A DNA stretch of 64,000 bases, taken from positions 19,532,001-19,596,000 of the forward strand of contig NC_087436.1 of assembly GCF_036321535.1 (NCBI RefSeq), given 5' to 3'. Of this stretch, positions 53,185 through 64,000 are shown piece by piece. How positions within the stretch are numbered: position 1 is the first letter of the stretch; each line of letters begins with the position of its first letter. A program made the translations under genes and the position numbers. The DNA comes from Camelus dromedarius (taxonomy: Eukaryota). Under the pieces are notes generated by a model that searched no databases, was not told the DNA's origin, and saw nothing but the letters and a program-made list of their open reading frames with translations.

Positions 53185-53329
53185 GTTTTTGGGGTTTGGG
53201 TTTTTTTTTTTTGTTTTTTTCAGGGGGGTCATTAGGTTTGTTTGTTTGTTTGTTTAATTGTGGTACTGGGGATGGAACCCAGGACCTCATGCATGCTAGG
53301 CATGCACCCTACCACTGAGCCCTCCCCCC
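53185..53329 (-). mobile_element. vic-1-type SINE
   Basis: T tail, attaggtttg, tactggggatggaacccaggacctcatgcatgctaggcatgc...accactgagccctccccc. Confidence 0.9.
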
Positions 53330-54339
53330 AGTTCTGGGGTGTGTTGAATTTGCTTGGCCCCCTGTCAGACATGTATGTTCTTTGGTGAACAACGGAATAC
53401 AGAGTAGCTCTAATCGTGTTTCTGGCTAATGGTTAATGGCTAACACTCCATTAAATTTGGAGGATGTTTCAATTGGACAAAATTTACAAGCTGATTTTCA
53501 CATTCTGCTTTCATGCTGGAAGACCTCATAGCACCTGAGGATTTTACTGGAGGAATGAAAAACAGCAGCACGCAGGCACTGTGCTAGGGACTGTGTCATT
53601 CTGACCGTGAAAGACTACGGTACTATGCATTTTTGTTGCTATTTTGCAGATGACGACCCACACTCAGAGTAGTTCAGGGGCTTGCCTAAAATCAGATTTT
53701 AGTAGTTTAGAGCTCACCCCAAATCAGATGGCAAATAGTGCGCTTAGAATTGAAATTCATTTCCATTTGACATTTCCAGAAGCATTTACCCATGCTTTTT
53801 TCCACTGCACTAAACTATTTCGTTTACTTTTTAAATTCATCATACTTGTTTTGGTTGGGGAATTTGTAGAGAGTATTTAACTGGATTCTTCAATTTCATA
53901 CACACATACAAACAGATTAGTCAAAGATACCAAGAGAGCCCATTGAGCGTCCTTTTCTTTTCCTCCTTTTTATTCCTTCCTTCTTAGAATTAGTGAAATT
54001 GGCCTGTGGTGCATTTTTTTTTTCTTTTACTTACCGGTTAATAAAGCTAAAACCAATCCAGATATCAGGAGACAAAAATCTCATCATGGAAATCGGCCTG
54101 TCTTTTTTTGTGCAGGATGCCAGTGACCTCTGATGGTGGAGGTTTAGCATAAACCAGGAGAGACCCAGCCTAGAAAATTCAACTTCCCTGCAACACTCTG
54201 CTTCTGTGGTTAGCATTCTCAGGTTTATAGACCTGGCATGTCACCGTGGTATTGTCTGGCCTGTGAGCCTCTTCTGCTCTGCATATTTAAAATATATTTG
54301 AGAGTTATTATTCTGTGTTCTCATTTATCTTTCTGCAGA

Positions 54340-54572
54340 ATAATGTCAGGGTTAAAAATGCCAACCCTGGAGTCAGAGGGACTCGAGACTGAATTCTGTT
54401 TCACTATGCTGTAACTTTTGTCACTTGCCTCATTTGAAAGTGGAGATAGGTACCTCCTACTATCTCTTCAGGTCATCTGGAGAATTAAATAATACACACC
54501 TAAAGCCCTGAGCATAATACCTAATGTATAGTAAGTGCTCAAGAAATGTTAGCCGCTGTAAAATATTTATTA
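54340..54572 (+). mobile_element. MIR SINE
   Basis: ggttaaaaatgccaaccctggagtcaga...tagtaagtgctcaagaaatgttagc. Confidence 0.72.
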
Positions 54573-56095
54573 TAGCAACATAGTTTATATTATTTCAAAA
54601 ACTAATTATGGACGAGAGAGAATTAGCATTTCTAGTTTTGTAATACATTCTACTTGACGCTGTCTGTCTCAGTTGCTAGGAACTGGGAGTTGATTCTTCA
54701 AACCAAGAGTCTGTTGCCCATAGTGACCGAAGCTTTCTGCAACTTTCAGAAGCTTCAACGTTAAAAGAAAAATGTTGAAAAAGTTTAGAAAAAGAAAGCA
54801 ATAATTTTAAAAATATATGTGAGACAGTTTGGTGGGTGAATGACTAGAGTAATGGAAACGAGAGTGTCCCTAGGGTGACAAAAGAAACCGTGAAGAAAGG
54901 AAAAGGAAGAAAACAGGTATTCAGATATTTGTATTAGGTGCTTCAGTCCTTATCGGGACATTTGCAGTCAGATGTCTCATTGAGCCTCTCGCCACAGCCC
55001 TGGGAGGGAAGGACGGTGGCCTGAAGGGTGAGGGAGGGAGAAAAGGGGGGTGGACGACCATTGCTGTTAGTGGGAAGTGTCCTTACATCTCAGAGAGGGG
55101 GCGGCCTGCCAGAGCTTTTGGTAACTTGTCTAGTGCCACACGGCTAATGACAGACAAGGACTCTCAAAACGGGTAAAGACAAAACAGGTACAGAGGTTCA
55201 CAAAGGAGAGTCTTTCACTTGGAAGTTTCCCCCTGTGAAAACAGTGGGCTTAGGCGGAACCACCTCAGAGGACCTCCTCTGCTCCACATTCTGTAATTCT
55301 CCTCGTAAAGCCTTCTGACACGTTTTCCTTTGTGGGTACTGCAAAGGAAGGCAAAATAAATATTATGTGGGAAACACTGATTGAAAGCTTTGTGAGAGAC
55401 TAAAGAGACGAGTTGTGAAGAAAAGGAAATAAACATCTCGAGGGAAGCCAGAGTAATCAAAAGGATTATAAAAACAAGATAAAAAGAAAATCAATATTAA
55501 AAAGAGATAAGGTAGAGTTAGAAAATAAATAGTAATGGGATGCCTTTCAAGAGTGTGAACAGATACAATAGAGATGCTAATCACTGAAAGTAATTCTAGT
55601 TATTACTGCTTAATAGAATGGACGGGCGGCTTCGTTCTGTGTGTTGTCCTGATTTCCTGCCGCTGGGTGGGTGAGGGAGGGCCACTTACTAGGAGAGCTG
55701 CTCTCGGACACTGAGTTGCGTGGTGGTTTCGGCTTTCTGGTTTTGACAATGTTTTGCTCAGATGGCAAACGTGTCTTCAATATTTGGGGCAACCTACTTT
55801 AGGCAACTGGGCGTCAAGATCCCTTTTTGGGAAAACACAAGACAAAATGTTATTGTATTTGACCACTCGGTGACGAAAGAAATACTGGATGCACAGTGCT
55901 TAGAAGAGTGCTCAGTAAATGTTTGCTGCTGTGCTCACTCACCATCATCACCCCGCCATCATCAGCCTCCTCCTCATTCGGGCGGAGGGTTAAGTGAGCA
56001 CAACCAGCTTTCTCCAAGATCCGTGATGTGGAACAACGGTCTGTTACCATATAGATAGAGTTTAAGGCAGCCCTACCTAGATGAAATATTGTTTT

Positions 56096-56502
56096 GTTTT
56101 TGGTTTTGGTTTTTTTTTAAGCACAAAAAATAGCACTTTATTTTTTTATTTTCTCTTTTACAATTTTACACTTTTTTCCCATTTTTTTACTGAAATATAG
56201 TTGATTTACAATGTTACATTAGTTTCTAGTGTACAGCATAGTGATTCACATATATATGTATATGTACATATATACACACACACACACACATTTTCTTTCT
56301 CATATTCTTTTCATTACAAGTGGCTATAATGAAAACAAAACTTATGGTTACCGGGGGAAAGGGGGAAGGAGGGATAAATTGGGAGTTTGGGATTAGCAGA
56401 TACAAACTACTATATACAGAATAGATAAACAACAAGGTCCTACGGTATAGCACAGGGAACCGTATTCAGTGGCTAATAGTAACCTGTAAGGAAAAAGAAT
56501 AT
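56096..56502 (-). mobile_element. Young L1 insertion with 5' inversion and short 3' transduction
   Basis: Minus-strand L1 end 56182-56321, plus-strand L1 piece 56331-56502, TSD gatg(a/g)aatattgtttt at 56080-56095 and 56503-56518. Confidence 0.88.
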
Positions 56503-57290
56503 GATGGAATATTGTTTTTTAACCTTAAATATTTCAATATTATGTCCCAGTTCCCCCTCCCCACTGAAGGACTTTGTGTCCGCAGAACTATAGGGCAGTG
56601 TTCCAACCCACAGCAGGCTGCAGACCTCCCAGCGTGGGCTTACTTGCCGCAGTCCCCTTGCCCAGGAGCAGGGGACTAGTAAGCATGCCTTGCAGGCACC
56701 CTCTTTGGCCACACTGGAAGTGCCGCTCCAGCCTGGCAGCCAGGGCCAGGTTAAGTCAGAGCCTTCTCGGCCAGAGAGATTTTGACACGTTAGAGATGTG
56801 TTGTAATCTGGAAAAGGACAAATATCACACAGAACAAAGCTCGCCCAAGAATTGTATCGCCAGACTCTCTTGGAAGAAAACCAAAGCGCAAAAATCCAGA
56901 TGCAGCAATACTCGGGGACAAACACAGGCAGCCAAAGACTTGAAAGGTCCTGTCGTGTTACTGACGCCACAAGCAGTGTGTGGAGAGCAGCCCCGAACCA
57001 GCTGGAGGCCAGTTGGGTGCGCTCCGTGTCCCACCAGCCCAGGCGGGCCTTCTTTCCCGGGGAAGTTTCTTTACTCATCGTGCACTGACTGCGGATCCTA
57101 TTCCCCAGTCTGTGTATTTCAGGTTCTTCTCGTTTCTCAGGTTCTCAGGCCTCAGTGTTACCTCAAATCCTCTGTGGGTCAGTGAAGTGCCTCATGCTTT
57201 ATAAAGGAAGTCAAATCTCTGACATAAATTACCCCGACTTTCTTATTCTCTACCTGGAAAATGTCTGTAATTTTTACTTACCTTTATCTT

Positions 57291-57417
57291 CTTTTGGGGG
57301 GGATAGGCGTGGAGTTAATGAGGTTTATTTATTTATCTTAGAGGAGGCACTGGGGATTGAACCCAGGACCTCGTGCGTGCAAGGCATGTGCTCTGCCGCT
57401 GAGTTCTGCCCTCCCCC
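57291..57417 (-). mobile_element. vic-1-type SINE
   Basis: aggtttatttatttat...gaggaggcactggggattgaacccaggacctc...ctccccc. Confidence 0.88.
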
Positions 57418-59149
57418 ATCAGCTTGTCTTTTTTTTTGCACAGACTGCAGGACACTCTCCTCTTGGGCTAATCCCCTCAGCCATGTCTTCTCAGCCCCTC
57501 TGAGGCCATGGTTTCATCCGTAATTTCTCACTGCTCTGTCTGTACTCTCTGTCATAGTCCTGTTCAGCTCCATGGCCCTTTTCTTCTCTTCACCAGATTT
57601 CTTGAAAACACAGCCCCCTCACTACTGCAGATTCAGTACACTTGAACATCAACTCCTGGGCCTCTTCGTCCATTCCCTATTTCCATGAATGCTTTAATGC
57701 TCCTCTTGGTCCCAGATGCTCAAAGTTTCCAATTTCTCTTTAATCTGTCTTCTTCTCTCCAAGCAACGTGAACAATAAAAACTGTAAACTAGCTGTATGA
57801 AACACTTGCAGTGTGCCAAGTTCTTAACAAACACTGGCCTCTCTCCGCACACCAACTCTCAGAAGCAGGCAGTATTATATGCATTTTATAAATAAGCAGA
57901 AGGATGGTCTGGATTTAAATCCAAGTATGTTTGCCCTCATGCCTGTGCTCTTAAGCTGTTGGGAGGGACTATTTCATAGAAGTTACCAGTTAACAGGTTC
58001 TTTTAATTCTTCTTCATGGCTCTTACCACCAGCCCCTGCCCTCACTGGGGTTCTTGAGACCCTAAGTCTTTCTGTTCCTGGCCTCAGCTCATCAGCCTCA
58101 GTCTTAGACTGGGCGGGGTGATCACTCTTCCTTACAGACAGATCTGACTGTGTCATTCTACTGTCCCAAGTCCTGCGGCAGCATCCCTTCTGCTGTCTTA
58201 TCAAGTCCACACTCCTGGTCGTAAGCACATGTCCCGGCACACCAAGTCAGCCTAAAGGGTCTGCTCTCTGCCGACCGCCCCTCACTCCCATTCTTCAGTT
58301 CCTGCCCCCTCCCTGAAACACGCATCTGTGCATGTCTGAACCCATTCCTTCAAGCCTAGCTCAGTTGTCATGTCCTCCAAGAAGGTCCTCCAGGTGCTCC
58401 AGCATCATGCCAAGCTTGAGATCATCCTTCTCTGCAGTACCAAAACATCCAGTTTCTCTCTTTCTCCCTCCCTCCCTCCTTCTTTCTCAACTGAGGTGAG
58501 ACAGCAGAAATTCACTTTGGAAAAATGTTATTTAAAAAAAAAAAAGCTGCAGGTAAGACTGGTTGGGAAGCATGAGCTTACAGTGATTTTTTATCAAACG
58601 AGAGGAGACGTAAGGGCAGTTTAAATATTCTCTTAACATATGCACAGAGGAGGAAGTGGAGGAGGAATGGGTCCTTCTCCCCTCCAGTGAGCATACAGCC
58701 AAGAGCCAGGATGTGGGAGCTATTTAGGGGAGCTTTTTCTCCCAGTGGAAGTCACATATAAGGATGAGGTTACTAAGGGCAATGGTGGGATCTCTTTCTT
58801 TAGAGATCCTTAACAATGGTTAGGTGGTTATATCTGCAACCATATCCATGCCCCAGGTTCTAGAATGCTTCTCCATTTGCTAACTCTTGTCTGAGTTCAG
58901 GGCAGGGAATATGTAATCTCACTATACCTTCCAACTCTGATTCTGCAGGGAGAAATAGTTTCTAGCATATCAAAGACACAATAATAATATTTACATTTCT
59001 AGCCTTTTCGGTTCCTGGCTCTCTAAATCTTTATACTCTAAAATAGGAAATCTCACTATGATATTCACCACTAGTGACCCTCATAACATTTAAAAGATTT
59101 TGACTTAGCAAGATTTTTTTTTATGCTTAACGTATTATGTAACAATAAA

Positions 59150-59832
59150 GCATAGCAGTTAAGAGCATCAGCACAGGAGCCAGACTTGATTTAAATCCTG
59201 GCTCTGTCACTCACTAGTTATGGGGCCCTGAGTAGGTCACATAACTTCTGTGTGCCTCAGTTTTCTCATCTGTAAATAGGGATATTGTATAGCCTACCTG
59301 ATGGAGCTTATGTCTTTACATGCAAAGATCTTAAAAGAATACCTGACCATTTACAGCAACCTGGTTGGGCCTAGAGATGATCATACCAAGTGAAGTAAGT
59401 CAGACAGAGAAAGACAAGTATCACACAATATCACTTACATGTGGAATCTAAAAAAAAAAAAAAAAGGACACAAACGAACTTATTTACAAAACAGAAACAG
59501 ACTCACAGACATAGAAAACCAACTTATGGTTACCAAGGGGGAAAGGGACGGGGAGGGGAAGGATGAATTGGGAGTTCGGTATTTGTAGATACTAACTACT
59601 ATATGTAAAACAGATTTAAAAAATAAGGTCCTACTTTATAGCACAGATAACTATATTCAATATCTTGTAATAGCCTATAAAGAAAAAATATGAAAAAATA
59701 TATATGTAAATGTATAACTGAATCACTATGCTGTACACTAGAAATTAACACAACATTGTAAATCAACTATACTTCTATGAAAAGAATACCTGAGATATGG
59801 TAACTGCTAAAAATTGGTAATTTCTTATTTTT
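59150..59832 (+). mobile_element. MIR SINE split by an L1
   Basis: catagcagttaagagca...ctgtgtgcctcagttttctcatctgtaaatagg; tail resumes after 59793. Confidence 0.78.
59347..59779 (+). mobile_element. Young L1 3' fragment, essentially without a poly(A) tail
   Basis: Perfect 14-bp TSD aaaagaatacctga at 59333-59346 and 59780-59793; L1 ORF2 end/3'UTR sequence between. Confidence 0.93.
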
Positions 59833-60298
59833 ACTAAAACATATGATGTTAAATCTTTATTCATACCATGTTGTTCTCAAAGGCATGTGTTTGCTTCCCA
59901 AAGGATGCATTGCTCCTTGAGGGAAGCAGTTTTAGAGATACATTAACTCTTTCAAGCTGCTGGGTTAAAATCAAGCGATAGCTTAGTGGCTTAGCTCACG
60001 GAGTTCCTGGCTGCATGATTTTTATAAACTTCTGCACCACAGGCTGATGACATATGTAACCTTAGGAGAGCTCCACAACACATTTTTAAAACTATCTCCT
60101 TTTCATGGATAAACAACTCAGAAATTATTGTCTAAAATGAAAATTTAAGCATCTGTGTGCATTTTGGTACAGAATGACTTCTGTCACCAGGATTGATCAG
60201 AGGGATGTTAACGTGAAGGTAGGTGCTACATTTGATTTAGGATGTGTTAAATAGGCTTTTTATAAAACTATTTGTAAAACACTTTTTCTTCCCCCTAG

Positions 60299-60372
60299 GA
60301 ATAATTCGAGTTTCACGCCAGCAGACACTGTGGCTATCATTTTCTGTTCCACACACAAATCCCTCACGTTGG
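60299..60372 (+). CDS. SLC10A7: SLC10A7 exon 10 (74 nt, phase 2/1), (R)[24 protein letters not shown](G)
   Basis: Acceptor ctttttcttccccctag, donor gtaagt; contains the FCSTHKSL motif of the family. Confidence 0.97.
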
Positions 60373-61464
60373 GTAAGTGATTTGCAGATTTCAAAACCAA
60401 CTTAATATTGCCCTCTGAGAATTACATCCTATGATTTTGAAATTCAAACAACAGTTCAGATTATACGGAATGGGGTATTGTCCACTGTGTTACATAAAGA
60501 ACAATAGCAAAGTATGAATGGGTCATTGCTCTGAAATACTGTTATTTGATTGAACCAATTTTTGAGGGCCTAAATTTAATAGTATAGGATTTAGCTTTAT
60601 TTGTAATCATGTTTTCGATTCTCATAAAATGTCTTCAATGTAGAATGTTAATGTTAAAAGCTGGCAGAAGAATGGAGGGTGTGGTTGGGGGTTAGGGGAG
60701 TGCAATGAGCAAAAGCTTGGCTTTAGAAGGCTCCAGAGTTACCTCTGGAAAATGTTAACTTATCTTCTGGAAGCTTGGAGCAAGGTGGGAATAATGTGAT
60801 TACTCTAATTTGATATTGACATTAGTTTGAAGTTCATGTCAGAATGTTATTTCTCTAAAGAAGCAGTATAGTTATCATTAACTCAATCTGATTAGCCCCT
60901 AAAGTGAAGTGAGTATGTATTTAATGGACAAAAATAGATCCAAAAAAGTGCTATTTTCTACTTAGCTTTATCCAGTTTAGTGGCATGATCTCAATAACCT
61001 ATCCAGACCTATCTGGAATCCATGTTTTTAGTCATTAAAAGTCATTAAGTAATCAGAAGCTTTATTGAAATATACATCATTCATCATTCACAGGCTCCTT
61101 GGGGTAGCAGCTACACGGTGGTAAAACTAATATTAAAAACGCCTTTACATTTTGGTGAGTGACTAACTTTAGAGAATAAAAGATCATGACGTTCTCTGAG
61201 TCTGCTCATGTCAAAGTTCAGTCTGTAAACTGGAAAACGAAGACACGTCATAATGGTTTTACTAACCCCAAGCATATCTGTCTGATAGAATCTGTCGTCA
61301 GTCTTGCAGGGTTGAGGAAATGATTTATAAATTGGACAAATTCTTCAGGGAGCACTTGCTATGGAGGGCTTCCACTTACTTGAGTAAATTACGCACGTAC
61401 CGTTCATCCGTCGCAGTATGTCTGTTAGGTTTTCTTCGTGATCACCTCCAATGGAAGTTGAAAG

Positions 61465-61645
61465 AGCTTTGGAAGCCACATTGCAATCCTGATGTCGTGA
61501 CCCCGGGCAAGTCACTTAACCTCCCTGAACCTTGGCTTTCTCATGCTTTCTCATCTGTAAAATGGGGTGGAGAATACTTGGTAAGCTGTTGTAAAAATTA
61601 AAGATAAAATTTGTCAAGTACCTAGCACAGTACTTGTACATAATA
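61465..61645 (+). mobile_element. MIR SINE
   Basis: gtgaccccgggcaagtcacttaacctccctgaacct...tctcatctgtaaaatgggg. Confidence 0.82.
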
Positions 61646-61688
61646 CAAGTCCGTACGTGACAGGCTACGTGCAGCAATTGCACTGTGT

Positions 61689-61789
61689 GTTTTTTTTTTG
61701 TTTTTTTTTTGAGTGGAGGCACTGGGGGTTAAACCCAGGACCTCATGCTCGCTAAGCACGTGCTCTACCACTGGGCTATACTCCCACCC
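61689..61789 (-). mobile_element. vic-1-type SINE (short form)
   Basis: T tail plus ggaggcactgggggttaaacccaggacc...ctgggctatactccc; 14-bp TSD caa(t/c)tgcactgtgt at 61675-61688 and 61790-61803. Confidence 0.92.
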
Positions 61790-64000
61790 CAACTGCACTG
61801 TGTATGGATTGCTGGGGGTGAAACGAGGTAGCCCACCCAGAGAGCTTGATGTGCTCCCTGGCACGTGGTGGGCACACTTAGAGCAATGGCTGTTGTTATT
61901 AGTTATTAACTGTATTAGTTATGACCGTGTTACCATTTCCAAGGTTCCAGTCCCTTGACCCTGGAACATCTTGTAGATGTTCATGTCACAGTCGTGGTTT
62001 AATAATTGACCTCAAATCATCTCGTACATTTTTCCCCATGTGGTTGTTGAGACATGATGCCTGCTGCTTCAGGTCTCCTGAACAGTAAGGGGCTGTTACA
62101 AAGGCAGGGAGTCCAGGTGCTGCCAGACTCCTGAGAGGTCGGGAGTTGGGGATCAAATGCACCTGTGTCCTTAGAGCAGGTGCTGTGCCCTGGCTACACC
62201 AAATACGCTTTTGCCTTTCTGCCTTTCAAACCCGCCCTGCCCCTAGAACGTGCTTTTGTCAGGAAAACCAAAATAAGTTCTGTTTGTTTGTTTCTCCATT
62301 ATGTTTTTCTCTGCTGAGCTGGCGGTGTCGAACAAAGAGCTCAACCCAAGAAGTTTACTGCAATGTGATCAGTATTCTGTTCTTTTCTATAAGCAGAATA
62401 CCTCCCCGTTTGGTCTTTTTTTTCTTTGCATTTTTCTTAATCTCAAAGCCATATGCTTCTGTTCTCGATTCTTCCTAATTTTCAGGCAAACAGATGGGTG
62501 CTCTGAACACCAATCAAAAAGTAGCTGTTTTGCTAAAAAGGATTGGGTTAACTCGGACTTTTGTCTGCGTTTGCACTTTGTTTCTGCAGCGTTCTCCCAT
62601 GAAACAGATACTCAGATCCTCCAGTGAGATACTGATGTGTGGTATCTAAGTAACCAGGTTAGTGTAAATCCTTCCATATTTCTGTAACATGGTAGATCTG
62701 GCCTCTCCTGGAACTGGAAGAGCGAACTGCTCATCCTGACTCTTCCACTAAGACAGCCCCAGGCCTCAGATTCCTAAGCTCTTAGATCAGGGAATTTTAT
62801 TCCAGCGAGGCGATTCTGTCATGCCTTGATCAGAACCGGCTTCCTTCCTGCAGTCTCCTAGTTAACATTTATAAAAATGACGTCCTCACTGCTTCCTATC
62901 TCAGTGAGGTGGCATGGGTCACCCTCGTCCAGGAACACCCTTAGTTCTACATACAGCAAAGGGTGTTTGCATCTTATTGCTAGCATGGCCTTGTTAAGCC
63001 CTGTCCACTTACTGTATCAGTTTTCACAAAGTCCAATGCGTGTTTTCCTCTCCTGGTGACCTGACATCTCTGGTGCAAAGGATGTGTGTGGCAGTGACCT
63101 GAGCTCCAGGCTGATGATTATCCTAACGGGACTTCTCTGCTGCATGGCCGCGACAGAACATCCCACTAAGTGTGAAGAATTCATATTTCAGAAAGCAGGG
63201 GGCACATTTCAGGGACTATCACTCAGAGTTATACTTCCTCTTACCTCTCACACCAAGATGAAATACACAGCAGATTTTAATATATCTATTTGACATGTAG
63301 AAACTATATCTGTCCCTTTTGTGATCACTGTCAAAATATTTCTTCTAGTGATTTTAGACACACACACATCTTAAATAGAATACAGTAAGAATGCCTTATG
63401 AAATAATATATATTATTACATCCAGTATTTGTATTTAAGAATAAATTATTGCTGGCAAAGTAGTACCCAGGTAACTAATGAACCAAAGACGAAAACTCTG
63501 GCCTGAGACGCCTCCTGGATACCCTCTTGTCCGTACACTTGCGGTTTATTTTATTGTTCTTGCTTTCGCCCTGTCTCAGTCTCTTCGGTGCGCTTGCATC
63601 TACACACATGCTGAATTTGATTCATGGCTTTTATTAGGGCATTTGCCATTGATTGATTAGTTCTTCGTATTAGTACTTTTTCTATTGATTGATTGCAGAT
63701 GAAGTGACTATTTGACCTTTAATTATGAGGCTTCCTATTGAAAATGACATTGAGCTATGGCTTCACATAATCCATCTGGAAAGCCTGACATGATTCCACT
63801 CCCTGGAGTTCGTTCAGGAAGGAGGAGGAGGCCTGGAGGAAGTGCAGAGCTATCACTGGGCCTCGTCTGAAACAAAACTACAGGGCTTGTGTGCTGCTCG
63901 CCTAGAGTTGCGACTCAGGGTCAGAGGTAATTATATCTTGTCCAGACAGCATCACTTGCTGTGGGTTGCCCTAAAAGCCATGAACTCTCCCAGATTATTC

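Noticed and set aside
56473..57185. Overlapping 201-aa (-) and 203-aa (+) ORFs
   Set aside because: No recognisable domain; GC-richer intronic sequence gives long chance ORFs, and the minus ORF runs into an L1 fragment.

Overview
Mammalian genomic DNA, most likely camelid (alpaca/camel), judged from six tRNA-derived vic-1-type SINE copies and many short cetartiodactyl-type L1 3' ends. The whole window lies inside the SLC10A7 gene on the + strand. Five coding exons (human numbering 6-10) sit at 29544-29579, 43391-43474, 50038-50203, 51161-51212 and 60299-60372. All have canonical AG/GT boundaries and splice in frame to [49 protein letters not shown]...[46 protein letters not shown]. The rest is intron containing L1, L2, MIR, vic-1 SINE, solo LTRs (LTR40, MER21, LTR16 and one ERV1-like), hAT MITEs and microsatellites. 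I found no evidence of a new multi-gene system. The most notable observations are a SINE-L1 chimeric insertion inside one TSD, an L1 with both a twin-priming inversion and a 3' transduction, a Gly->Ser change in a conserved SLC10A7 motif, a strong frameshifting cryptic acceptor before exon 8, and several repeat-free motif-dense blocks that may be enhancers. Repeat family names, exon numbering and human residue comparisons are from memory, not from a search.
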